Source: Spirochaetota bacterium
GTDB taxonomy: Bacteria; Spirochaetota; Spirochaetia; Treponematales; UBA12059
DNA: 64,000 nucleotides
Reading direction: 5' to 3'
Assembly (NCBI GenBank): GCA_003247225.1
Contig: QKAK01000028.1
Coordinates: forward strand, 7,289-71,288
Shown in pieces: positions 1-8,271 of this stretch. Within the stretch, counting starts at the first letter, position 1. Every line of letters begins with the position of its first letter. The notes beneath the pieces are model-generated. The model did no database searches. It was not told the DNA's origin and saw nothing but the letters and a program-made list of their open reading frames with translations. The translations under genes were made by a program, and so were the position numbers.

Positions 1-382
1 AGCGGACTCCGGGGAACAGGTCGTCCATCATGTTCCTGGCTATGGTCTCCGGCTTGTTCGAGACTATGGCCAGCGGAGCGCCCGAGGCGGCCAGCGATTC
101 GAGCGCCTCTACCGCGCCGGGGTAGGGGCGGGAGTCGCCCGAGCCGGCGGCCTCGTACAAGTCGTAGGCTTCCCGATATAATCGATCCATATCGCCCGAC
201 GCCTCCGGCGGCAGGGCGCTCCGCAGCAGGTTGGAGAAGCCGCGCCCGACCATGGTCCGGTACGAGCCGAGCGGGTGCTCCGGCCATCCCTTGGAGCGCA
301 GGAATCCGTTCATGATCGACGCTATGTCGCCGAGCGTGTCGACCAGGGTACCGTCGAGGTCGAATATGAAGGCCTTGATCAT
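1..382 (-). CDS. HAD-superfamily phosphatase (phosphoglycolate phosphatase-like); 3' end cut by window edge
   Basis: Reverse-strand translation from ATG at 382..380 reads MIKAFIFDLDGTLVDTLGDI... (HAD motif I DxDGT) and later LAIVSNKPE. It is absent from the ORF track because it runs off the window. Confidence 0.7.
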   Translation of the reverse strand, partial: MIKAFIFDLDGTLVDTLGDIASIMNGFLRSKGWPEHPLGSYRTMVGRGFSNLLRSALPPEASGDMDRLYREAYDLYEAAGSGDSRPYPGAVEALESLAASGAPLAIVSNKPETIARNMMDDLFPGVR

Positions 383-484
383 TGGCGTACGGTCCTTAAT
401 AGTAGGTATCTGCCGCTAGAGTAAGGATTATACCGGATCCGGTCAACCGCGGCGCGAATTCGGGTTCCGTGGAGGAAGGGGCGC

Positions 485-1279
485 ATGGGAAAGAAGACTG
501 ACGGCGGCGCCGAGGCCTTCGACCGGTTCTTTCGGGAGCTGTTCGAGGGGCGATGGGACGGCCTGCGCGAGGCGCTGCTGGCGCCCGGCGACGCGGTCGA
601 TTACGCCTGCGGCCTCCGGGAGCCGTACAGGCTCGACTCCGCCTCGGTCGCCGCCGCCCGCTGCCTCCGCCTGCCCGACTCGGGCGAGATCCTCGACGCC
701 TGCGCGGCGCCCGGCGGCAAGAGCCTGGTAGTCGCGTCGCGGATGGCCCCCGGAGCGCGGCTGCTGTCGAACGAGCTGTCGAGCGACAGGCGCCGCCGCC
801 TGTCCGACGTGCTCGACCGCCACCTGCCCGGGGAGACGAGGGCCAGGGTGACGGTGTCGGGCTTCGACGCGGCGGCGGCCGGGGGCCGGGCCTCGGAGCG
901 GGGCCGCTTCGGCTCCGTCCTGCTCGACGCGCCGTGCTCGAGCGAGCGGCACGTGCTGCGCGACGAGGCCGCGCTGGCCGCGTGGAGCCCGGCGCGCGTC
1001 AAGTTCCTGGCCAGGAGGCAATGGTCCCTCTTGTCGAGCGCCTTCCTGATGCTGGCGCCGGGCGGGTGCCTGGTCTACGCTACCTGCGCCCTGTCGCCCG
1101 AGGAGAACGACGGCCCGATGCGGCGCCTGTTCGGCAAGTACGGAGGGCTGGCCGAGCTCGACCTCCCGGGCGCGGACGCCGGAGCGGAGCGGACCGAGTA
1201 CGGGATCCACTACCTGCCCGATCGCGCCTCGGGGGCCGGCCCGCTCTACGTGGCCAGGATACGCAAGCGCTCAGTCTGA
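485..1279 (+). CDS. NOL1/NOP2/Sun (RsmB/RsmF-type) RNA m5C methyltransferase, short form
   Basis: 264 aa. Motifs: SAM motif DACAAPGGKS, catalytic Cys motifs DAPCSSERH and YATCALSPEEN. SD GGAGGAAGGGG lies upstream. Confidence 0.75.
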   Translation: MGKKTDGGAEAFDRFFRELFEGRWDGLREALLAPGDAVDYACGLREPYRLDSASVAAARCLRLPDSGEILDACAAPGGKSLVVASRMAPGARLLSNELSSDRRRRLSDVLDRHLPGETRARVTVSGFDAAAAGGRASERGRFGSVLLDAPCSSERHVLRDEAALAAWSPARVKFLARRQWSLLSSAFLMLAPGGCLVYATCALSPEENDGPMRRLFGKYGGLAELDLPGADAGAERTEYGIHYLPDRASGAGPLYVARIRKRSV

Positions 1280-1612
1280 CGCGAGGTCCTCTTCCTTGCC
1301 GCCGGCCTTCTTGAAGGCCTGCTCCTTCGCGTCGATCTGGGCGCGCAGGGCCTCGATGTTGTCGATGGTCTCGCGGACGGCCGGGGAATCCTTGCCGACG
1401 CTCTTCTGGCCCTTCTCGACGAGCACCTCGTAGACCTCGGCGCCGAGCCTGGCCGTCAGCTTCTCTGCTTGGTTGCGTAACTGGACTACCTCGAGCTTGA
1501 GCACGCCTTTCTCGCCCCATTCCTGGGCCTTGTCGCCGGCCTGCCTGGCCAATTCCTTCGACGCGCTGATTCCCTGGTCGACGAGTTGCTTCATGCGCTC
1601 GGAAAACGTCAT
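1271..1612 (-). CDS. small coiled-coil protein (phasin-like), function uncertain
   Basis: Internal ATG at 1612 of ORF 1271..1690 is preceded by AAGGAG. The 113-aa product (MTFSERMKQLVDQG...) is helical and charged. Its 3' end overlaps the convergent gene by 9 nt. Confidence 0.45.
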   Translation of the reverse strand: MTFSERMKQLVDQGISASKELARQAGDKAQEWGEKGVLKLEVVQLRNQAEKLTARLGAEVYEVLVEKGQKSVGKDSPAVRETIDNIEALRAQIDAKEQAFKKAGGKEEDLASD

Positions 1613-1704
1613 TCGCTGCTCCTTGTCGTTCGTGATACTGCAGTAATCTAAAATCGCCCGGAATCGGTAAAAAATCAATGACGTATCCACTGTATCGTGC
1701 TATC

Positions 1705-1733
1705 TTGACAAGGGTTCGGCTAGGCACTATATC
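1705..1733 (+). promoter_or_regulatory. sigma70-type promoter of the nrdR-nrdD operon
   Basis: TTGACA (1705..1710), 17-nt spacer, TATATC (1728..1733), about 115 nt upstream of nrdR. Confidence 0.5.
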
Positions 1734-1770
1734 TAGCTGTCGTTTTAATTTTGGATACTATAACTGGTAT
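1724..1770 (+). promoter_or_regulatory. tandem NrdR boxes
   Basis: GCACTATATCTAGCTG (1724..1739) and ATACTATAACTGGTAT (1755..1770) each match the 16-bp NrdR-box consensus acaCwAtATaTwGtgt at about 11/16. Their centres are 31 bp apart. Box 1 overlaps the -10. Confidence 0.55.
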
Positions 1771-1847
1771 ATGCGTTATAGCAAGAATCGTACCAAGTCG
1801 TGCGCCGCCGTTGTTCCCGCTGTTCGATTCTGTGGAGGTTTTAAAAA

Positions 1848-2318
1848 ATGAGGTGCCCTCACTGCGGTTCGATGGATGATCGCGTCACGGACTCGCGTAC
1901 GCTCGCCAACGGCGAGAGCATCCGGAGGCGCCGCGAATGCCTGTCCTGCGGCTTCCGCTTCACGAGCTACGAGCGTATCGAGGAAAAACCGCTGATGGTG
2001 ATCAAGCGCGACGGCAGGCGCGAGCCCTTCGACCGTCAGAAGCTCGAGCGCGGCCTCCAGCGCGCCCTCGAGAAGCGCCCGGTCTCCCAGATGACCATTG
2101 AGAACATCCTCAACGAGATAGAGGACGACGCGGCGATGCTCGGAAAGGGCGGCAACGAGGTGCAGAGCTCCTCCCTCGGCGAGATGACCCTGCACAAGAT
2201 GTACGACCTGGACAAGGTGGCGTATATCCGCTTCGCAAGCGTGTATAGGAAATTCGAGACCATGGACGAATTCATGCAAGAGATCGAGCGGCTAGAGAAC
2301 GCTCGCGAGGGAGAGTGA
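1848..2318 (+). CDS. nrdR: transcriptional repressor NrdR
   Basis: MRCPHCGS..DSR...RRRRECLSCGFRFTSYERIE is the Zn ribbon, followed by an ATP-cone. SD GGAGG lies 9 nt upstream. Confidence 0.95.
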   Translation: MRCPHCGSMDDRVTDSRTLANGESIRRRRECLSCGFRFTSYERIEEKPLMVIKRDGRREPFDRQKLERGLQRALEKRPVSQMTIENILNEIEDDAAMLGKGGNEVQSSSLGEMTLHKMYDLDKVAYIRFASVYRKFETMDEFMQEIERLENAREGE

Positions 2319-2319
2319 G

Positions 2320-4407
2320 ATGGCCGAGACGCAGCAGGTCTTCCCCGAGTGGCGCAGCTTCCTGAAGACCGAGGACGGGCAGGGGCGCTACGTCGCCAAG
2401 CGCTCCGGCAGCGTAGAGCGCTACGATCGTAGCCGCATCGAGTCAGCCATCGAGAAGGCGTTCAAGGCCGTCAAGGGCGTAGCCGACAAGGACCTGGTCC
2501 AGCGCATCGCCGCCGACGTCGAGTCCCGCCTGGCGATGCTGCTGTCGGGCCGGCACCCGAACTCGATCCCGGCCATCGAGGAAATCCAGGACCTCGTCGA
2601 GACGGCCCTGATAGACGCGAAGGAGGCCCAGGTCGCCCGCGCCTATATCCTGTACCGCGCGAAGCGAGAGGCCGTCCGCGACGCCCAGCGGCTGATGCTC
2701 GACATCAACACGACGATGGACGGCTACCTCGCCCAGGTGGACTGGCGGGTCAAGGAGAACGCCAACGTCAACTACTCGCTCGGCGGCCTGGTCCTGCACA
2801 ACTCCGGCACCGTCACCGCCAACTACTGGCTCAAGAACATCTATCCCGAGGAGATCGCAGAGGCCCACCGCGAGGCCGACTTCCACATACACGACCTGTC
2901 CATGTTCTCCGGCTACTGCGCCGGCTGGTCGCTCAGGCAGCTGATCAACGAGGGCCTGGGCGGCGTACCGGACAAGATCACCAGCTCGCCGGCCAAGCAC
3001 CTGTCGACGCTCGTCCAGCAGATGGTCAACTTCATGGGCATACTGCAGAACGAGTGGGCCGGCGCCCAGGCCTTCTCGAGCTTCGACACCTACCTGGCCC
3101 CCTTCGTCAAGGCCGACGCGATGAGCCCCGAGTCGGTCAAGCAGTGCGTCCAGAGCTTCATCTTCGGCGTCAACACGCCGAGCCGCTGGGGCAGCCAGGC
3201 GCCGTTCACGAACGTCACCCTGGACTGGACCTGCCCGGCCGACCTGCGCGACCGCCCCGCGGTCGTCGGCGGCAAGGAGCAGGCCTATACCTACGGCGAC
3301 TGCCAGCCCGAGATGGACGTGATCAACCGCGTGTTCATCGAGCTGATGCTCGGCGGCGACGCGGACGGCCGCGGCTTCCATTACCCGATACCGACCTATA
3401 ACATCACCCGCGACTTCGACTGGGACTCGGACAACGCGAGGCTGCTGTTCGAGATGACGGCCAAGTACGGCACCCCGTATTTCCAGAATTTCGTCAACTC
3501 GGACCTCGACCCCGGCGACGTGCGCTCGATGTGCTGCCGCCTCCAGCTCGATAAGCGCGAGCTCCGCAAGCGCGGCGGCGGCCTGTTCGGCTCCGACGAG
3601 CTGACCGGCTCGATCGGCGTCGTCACCCTGAACATGCCGCGCCTCGGCTACCTGGCCGACGGCAAGAGCGACTTCTACCGCAGGCTCGACAGGCTGATGG
3701 ACCTGGCCGCCAGGAGCCTGTCGATCAAGCGCAAGGTCTGCTCGAGGCTGCTCGAGGGCGGGCTCTTCCCGTACACCAGGCGCTACCTGCGCACCTTCGA
3801 CAACCACTTCTCGACCATCGGCCTCGTCGGCATGAACGAGTGCTGCCTGAACTTCATGGGCAGGAGCATCGCCGAGCCGGAGGGCAAGGCCTTCGCCGAG
3901 GAGGTCCTCGAGCACATGCGCAAGCGCCTGCAGGACTACCAGGTCGATACCGGAGAGCTGTTCAACCTGGAGGCGACCCCGGCCGAGAGCACCTCGTACC
4001 GGCTGGCCAAGCACGACCGCAAGCGCTATCCCGATATCATATCGGCGGGAGCGGAGGAGCCGTACTACACCAACTCGACCCAGCTGCCGGCGGATTTCAC
4101 CGACGACCTGTTCGACGCGCTCGACCACCAGGAATCGCTGCAGTCGAAGTACACCGGAGGCACGGTGTTCCACGTATTCCTCGGGGAGGCGGTCGACGAC
4201 TGGAGGGCGCTCCGCGACCTGGTAAAGTCGATAGCGGCCCGCTACCGCATACCGTACTACACTATATCGCCGACCTTCTCGGTCTGCCCCGTCCACGGCT
4301 ACGTCTCCGGCGAGCATTTCAGCTGCCCGAAGTGCAAGGCCGAGAAGGAGGCGAGGATCAGGGAAGAGATAGCCGTGCTCGAGAGCGAACTGAACGGCCC
4401 GTCCTGA
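2320..4407 (+). CDS. nrdD: anaerobic ribonucleoside-triphosphate reductase large piece (lacks glycyl-radical domain)
   Basis: 695 aa with N-terminal ATP-cone (VAKRSGSVERYDRSRIESAIEKA). NrdD-type segments include GGTVFHVFLGE, RSMCCRLQLD and the C-terminal Zn site SVCPVHGYVSGEHFSCPKC. The ORF stops 25 codons after CPKC with no RxxGY radical motif. Confidence 0.9.
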   Translation: MAETQQVFPEWRSFLKTEDGQGRYVAKRSGSVERYDRSRIESAIEKAFKAVKGVADKDLVQRIAADVESRLAMLLSGRHPNSIPAIEEIQDLVETALIDAKEAQVARAYILYRAKREAVRDAQRLMLDINTTMDGYLAQVDWRVKENANVNYSLGGLVLHNSGTVTANYWLKNIYPEEIAEAHREADFHIHDLSMFSGYCAGWSLRQLINEGLGGVPDKITSSPAKHLSTLVQQMVNFMGILQNEWAGAQAFSSFDTYLAPFVKADAMSPESVKQCVQSFIFGVNTPSRWGSQAPFTNVTLDWTCPADLRDRPAVVGGKEQAYTYGDCQPEMDVINRVFIELMLGGDADGRGFHYPIPTYNITRDFDWDSDNARLLFEMTAKYGTPYFQNFVNSDLDPGDVRSMCCRLQLDKRELRKRGGGLFGSDELTGSIGVVTLNMPRLGYLADGKSDFYRRLDRLMDLAARSLSIKRKVCSRLLEGGLFPYTRRYLRTFDNHFSTIGLVGMNECCLNFMGRSIAEPEGKAFAEEVLEHMRKRLQDYQVDTGELFNLEATPAESTSYRLAKHDRKRYPDIISAGAEEPYYTNSTQLPADFTDDLFDALDHQESLQSKYTGGTVFHVFLGEAVDDWRALRDLVKSIAARYRIPYYTISPTFSVCPVHGYVSGEHFSCPKCKAEKEARIREEIAVLESELNGPS

Positions 4408-4448
4408 CCGGCGCCGCGGACGCATATACTAAATCCTGGGAGGGAACG

Positions 4449-4982
4449 ATGGAGACGAGGGAGAACAAAGAGGCGAGGCTGGCGGCGCTCAAGGCCGATC
4501 TGCTATGCGTCGAGGGGACGACCACCGAGGTGTACAGCCGCATCGTGGGCTACTATCGATCGGTCAAGAACTGGAACGCCGGCAAGCGGGCCGAATTCGG
4601 CAAGCGCCGGGAATACGCCTTTCCCTCGGTAGGCGGCGCGAACGCCGAGCCGGCAGAGCCGTCCGCGCAGGCCGTCGCCGCGGACGAGCGCCGGGACTCG
4701 GACGTCGCCCGCGAGCCTTCGTCGTACACGCTGTTCACGAGGGCGGCCTGCCCGAACTGCCCGCCGGTACGCGACTTCCTCCGCTCGAGCGGCCTGCCCG
4801 GCGTGGTCGTCGACGTCGACACCGAAGACGGGCTCGAGCTGGCCAGGCGCTACGAGGTCATGTCGACGCCGACCGCCATCCTGATGGGCCCCGGCGGCGA
4901 GCAGCTCGGCCGCGCCTACGCGCGCTCCCAGCTCGAGAAGATGGTCAAGCCGCGGCTCGAGCTCGAGGTGGCGACGGCGTAG
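4449..4982 (+). CDS. detached NrdD glycyl-radical peptide fused to a thioredoxin-fold (CPNC) domain
   Basis: ATG 4449 lies behind SD GGGAGGG (4438..4444). The N-terminal part contains EVYSRIVGYYRSVKNWNAGKRAEFGKRREY, the class III RNR glycyl-radical signature. The C-terminal part (YTLFTRAACPNCPPVRDFL...VMSTPTAILMG) has a thioredoxin/glutaredoxin-like CxxC and a cis-Pro. Confidence 0.7.
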   Translation: METRENKEARLAALKADLLCVEGTTTEVYSRIVGYYRSVKNWNAGKRAEFGKRREYAFPSVGGANAEPAEPSAQAVAADERRDSDVAREPSSYTLFTRAACPNCPPVRDFLRSSGLPGVVVDVDTEDGLELARRYEVMSTPTAILMGPGGEQLGRAYARSQLEKMVKPRLELEVATA

Positions 4983-4984
4983 CG

Positions 4985-5710
4985 ATGCGCCTAGGCATCC
5001 AGAAGACCAGCCTCGTCGACTATCCGGGACGCGTCGCCGCCGTGCTGTTCACGGCCGGCTGCGCGTTCCGCTGCCCGTACTGCCATAACCCCGACTTGGT
5101 CGCGCCGATCGACGACGCCGGTACCCACAGCGACGACGGTATTCCCGGCGACGACGACCTCGTTTCGGTCGAGGAGGCGCTCGCCTTCATCGAGCATCGC
5201 AAGCCGGTGCTCTCGGGCGTCGTCATATCGGGCGGCGAGCCGACTATCCATGACGGGCTGCCGGCCCTGGCCGCCGCCATAAAGCGGCTCGGCCTGCTCG
5301 TCAAGCTCGACACGAACGGCTCGAGGCCGGAGCGCATCGCGGCGGTCGGCGCCGACTACGTCGCGATGGACCTGAAGACGAGGCCGGGGCGCTACGCCGA
5401 GCTGTGGCCGGGCGCCCCGACCGACGCCGCGGACAGGATACGCGAGGCCGCGCGCGCGGTACGCGGGTCGGGAGCGGAGTACGAGTTCAGGATTACCTGC
5501 GCCCCCGGCTTCGTTACCGAGGAAGACGCCGAGGCGATCTCCGAGGTCCTCGAGCCGGGCGACTCCGTGTACCTGCAGCGTTATCGTCCGGGGCGAGTGC
5601 TCGACCCGGACTGGGCCGCGGGCGTCTCGCCGTATACCGAGGAGCGGCTGGAGCGCATCCTGGCCATCGTCAGGCGCGCCGCGCCCAAGGCCCGCCTCAG
5701 GGGCTTCTGA
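4985..5710 (+). CDS. nrdG: anaerobic RNR activating enzyme (radical SAM)
   Basis: Internal ATG of ORF 4505..5710, starting MRLGIQKTSLVDYPGRVAAVLFTAGCAFRCPYCHNP (CxxxCxxC cluster). It begins 2 nt after the previous stop. Confidence 0.85.
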   Translation: MRLGIQKTSLVDYPGRVAAVLFTAGCAFRCPYCHNPDLVAPIDDAGTHSDDGIPGDDDLVSVEEALAFIEHRKPVLSGVVISGGEPTIHDGLPALAAAIKRLGLLVKLDTNGSRPERIAAVGADYVAMDLKTRPGRYAELWPGAPTDAADRIREAARAVRGSGAEYEFRITCAPGFVTEEDAEAISEVLEPGDSVYLQRYRPGRVLDPDWAAGVSPYTEERLERILAIVRRAAPKARLRGF

Positions 5711-6647
5711 GCCATTCGGCCGCCGCGTCCGCGACGCCGTCGTAATCGTCAGCCCCGAACCAGCGCACGCCGGGGATCGCCCGCATGAACGTGAGCTGCC
5801 GCTTCGCGTAGCGCCTCGTGTGCAGCTTGATCGCGTCGGCCACCGCGCGGACGTCCCGCCGCCCGTCCGGTCCCGTCGGAGCGTCCAGGAATTCGGCGTA
5901 GCCTATCGCCTTCATGCCTGGGGCGTCGCGCCCGTAGCCGGCCGCTATCAGCGCGTCCGCCTCGCGCTCGAGGCCGGACGCGAGCATCGCGTCGACGCGG
6001 GCGCCGATGCGAGCGTACAGCTCCTCGCGCGGGCGGTCCAGGCCGACGACCAGGCAGTCCCATCGCGGGCGCGGCTCGGTCGGCGGCTCGTAGCCGGACA
6101 ACGGTCGGCCAGAACATCGGTAGACCTCGAGCGCCCGCGTCGTGCGGTACAGGTCGGCCGGCGCTATGCGGGCGGCCGATACGGGGTCGACGGCCTCGAG
6201 CTCGGCGCGGAGAGCCGCCGGCCCGCGGACGGAGAGCTCCCGCCGGAGCTCCGCCCGTATCGAGGCGTCCGCCGGAGGGGCCGGGGGCGGGCCGTAGATG
6301 AAGCCCTTGACGTAATAAGCGGTGCCGCCCGACAGGACGGGTAGGGCTCCCTCGGCGCCGGCCCTCTCGCAGGCCTCGTCGGCCAGGCGGCAGAATTCGC
6401 CGACCGAGAACGGCTCGGACGGGTCGAGTATGTCGATGAGCTCGTGCCTGGTCTCGCGCCGCTCGGCGGGGCTCGGCTTGGCGCTGCCGATATCGAGGCC
6501 GCGGTAGACCTGGGCGGAGTCGGCGGATACGACGACGACCGGCTTCCTGGGAAGCCGGTCGTCGCGTCGGAGTCGCTCGATGGTCGCCGTCTTGCCGACG
6601 GCGGTCGGGCCGAAGAGTACGAGTACCTTATTCGAACCGGTACTCAA
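5697..6647 (-). CDS. miaA: tRNA dimethylallyltransferase
   Basis: P-loop LFGPTAVGKT, then SADSAQVYRGLDIGSAKP, with MiaA-like sequence over the full length. It overlaps nrdG convergently by 14 nt. Confidence 0.9.
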   Translation of the reverse strand: MSTGSNKVLVLFGPTAVGKTATIERLRRDDRLPRKPVVVVSADSAQVYRGLDIGSAKPSPAERRETRHELIDILDPSEPFSVGEFCRLADEACERAGAEGALPVLSGGTAYYVKGFIYGPPPAPPADASIRAELRRELSVRGPAALRAELEAVDPVSAARIAPADLYRTTRALEVYRCSGRPLSGYEPPTEPRPRWDCLVVGLDRPREELYARIGARVDAMLASGLEREADALIAAGYGRDAPGMKAIGYAEFLDAPTGPDGRRDVRAVADAIKLHTRRYAKRQLTFMRAIPGVRWFGADDYDGVADAAAEWLRSP

Positions 6648-6816
6648 TCTGCTTGCCGAACACCTGGCGCATCGACAGGGAGACTACCTTGCCGTTGTTC
6701 TTCTCGACCTCGGGGGTCTTGAGAACGGCCAGCTGGTACGATCGCTTGTTGACGGCGACCGTGAATTCGTACGCGTTGCCGTCGTACTCGAAAAGATCCT
6801 CTAGCGGCATGCTCAT
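6628..6816 (-). CDS. small protein resembling RNA polymerase omega subunit
   Basis: 62 aa. NAYEFTVAVNKRSYQL fits the omega core pattern N-x-Y-x-[LF]-x-x-x-x-x-[KR]R-x-x-Q. It has an ATGA overlap with zapA and SD GGAGGGGAG. Confidence 0.4.
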   Translation of the reverse strand: MSMPLEDLFEYDGNAYEFTVAVNKRSYQLAVLKTPEVEKNNGKVVSLSMRQVFGKQIEYRFE

Positions 6817-7154
6817 GGCTCCCCTCCGAAAGACTGCCCGGAGGCGTCGGCCTCGGGCTCTTCGCGCAGCGTTTCATCGATCTTGGCGATCAGCCGCTCC
6901 GCCACCGCGCCGATGTCGGGGGCCGCGGAAGGGCGGGCGCTCGCGTCGATCCGTTCCCTGTATAGCTCGTCGACCAGGAATATCCCGGCGAGTATCGAGG
7001 CCTTCAGCGGGTCGTCGACCTTGGAAGACGACCGCACGGTCTCTATCTTGGAGCGCAGGTACGCGATCAGGGACTCGACGTACTCGCGGCTCTCATCGGT
7101 CTGGATGACGAACGAGGCGCCGAGCAGCTCTACGCGAACCGTCTCGACCGTCAT
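6813..7154 (-). CDS. zapA: cell division protein ZapA
   Basis: VRVELLGASFVIQTDESREYVESLIAYLRSKIE...LKASILAGIFLVDELY shows the typical ZapA pattern. Confidence 0.7.
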   Translation of the reverse strand: MTVETVRVELLGASFVIQTDESREYVESLIAYLRSKIETVRSSSKVDDPLKASILAGIFLVDELYRERIDASARPSAAPDIGAVAERLIAKIDETLREEPEADASGQSFGGEP

Positions 7155-7155
7155 C

Positions 7156-7560
7156 CTAGAAAATATCGAGGGCGTCGGCGCTCTCTTCGGTCGCCGGTTC
7201 CGCGGGCTCGCCCGAGGGACCGGGTTCCAGGGCCTCGGGCTCTACCGCGGCCTCGGGTTCCGGCTCGGCGGGCGACGCCGCCTCGGCGGCCGGGGACGGC
7301 CGGGCCGCGCCCGAGGTCGCGGCCTCGTGTACCGCGTCCTCGAAGGAGTCGAGCTTGCGCAGGGCCTCTATGATGCCCTGCTCGATACGCGACTGATCCT
7401 TCTGGAATTCGGATACGAGGCCCTCGAGCTCGGCCACGCGGCCCTCGGCGGCCGAGAGCCCCGAGCGCATCGAGGCGTTCTCGGCGCGGAGCGCGGCGAT
7501 CAGCGCCACGGCCTTCTCTACGCGCGATTCGAGCGCGCGGACCTGCTCGAGACTGATCAT
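7156..7560 (-). CDS. coiled-coil protein, ZapB-like, with Pro/Glu/Ala-rich tail
   Basis: N-terminal heptad-rich MISLEQVRALESRVEKAVALIAALRAENASM... It is adjacent to zapA. Confidence 0.4.
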   Translation of the reverse strand: MISLEQVRALESRVEKAVALIAALRAENASMRSGLSAAEGRVAELEGLVSEFQKDQSRIEQGIIEALRKLDSFEDAVHEAATSGAARPSPAAEAASPAEPEPEAAVEPEALEPGPSGEPAEPATEESADALDIF

Positions 7561-7564
7561 GCGA

Positions 7565-7921
7565 TTAGGCCTGGGCCGACTTGACGCGCTCGACGATGGC
7601 CTTGAACGCGGCGGGGTCGCGGACGGCTATGTCGGCGAGCGCCTTGCGGTCGATGGCCATGTTCGCCTTGGCGGCGGCCTCGATGAAGCGGCTGTAGGTG
7701 ATGCCCTCGGCCCTGCACGCGGCGTTGATGCGCGTGATCCACAGGGCGCGGAAGGTCGGCTTCTTGTCGCGGCGATCGCGATAGGCGTACGACAGCGCCT
7801 TGGCGACCGCGTCCTTCGCGGTCTTATGGTTGGTGGACCTGCGTCCGTAGTATCCTTTGGCAAGCTTGAGGATCTTCTTGCGGTGATCCTTTCGCCTGGT
7901 GCCGTCAACTGCTCTGGGCAT
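7565..7921 (-). CDS. rplT: 50S ribosomal protein L20
   Basis: [29 protein letters not shown]... SD AAGGAG. Confidence 0.95.
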   Translation of the reverse strand: MPRAVDGTRRKDHRKKILKLAKGYYGRRSTNHKTAKDAVAKALSYAYRDRRDKKPTFRALWITRINAACRAEGITYSRFIEAAAKANMAIDRKALADIAVRDPAAFKAIVERVKSAQA

Positions 7922-8057
7922 TGCGATTCTCCTTGGAAAATATGAACCGGCCGTCGGGGAACGTCCCTCGTCGACCGGCGCGCCTAAGCGGCGCCGAGCC
8001 TCATCCTATCGTCGAGTCCGTCGGCGGCCCTAACGGGGAGAAAGGCCGCTGACCGGC

Positions 8058-8258
8058 TTAACCGTAGGGGAGAAGCTTCTTCTTGATCTGGTATACGGGG
8101 CCGGAAGCTACGAAGCCGGCCTTGCGGAGCTTGCGCTTGCGCTTCGAGCTCTTCTTGGTGAGGATATGGCGAAGGTTCATCTTCTTGTACTTGACCTTGC
8201 CGTCCGCGCTCAGCGTATAGCGTTTAGAGGCAGCCCTCTTCGTCTTCATCTTAGGCAT
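8058..8258 (-). CDS. rpmI: 50S ribosomal protein L35
   Basis: [26 protein letters not shown]... Confidence 0.95.
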   Translation of the reverse strand: MPKMKTKRAASKRYTLSADGKVKYKKMNLRHILTKKSSKRKRKLRKAGFVASGPVYQIKKKLLPYG

Positions 8259-8271
8259 TACGATCCATCCT

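Noticed and set aside
2443-4425. 660-aa ORF antisense to nrdD.
   Set aside because: Shadow ORF with no motifs. nrdD on the plus strand is unambiguous.
3840-4448. Upstream extension of the glycyl-radical/Trx ORF back to 3840. Similar N-terminal extensions exist for nrdG (4505), the EF-G paralog (10351), the membrane gene (16717), the HD gene (30186), the ComFB gene (32172), rsmH (33871), the lipoprotein (42998), hslU (48076), flgC (51030) and fliJ (55829).
   Set aside because: The extensions overlap the preceding genes in another frame and are Arg/Gly-rich. Internal starts with an SD or stop-start overlaps give N-termini that match the protein families.
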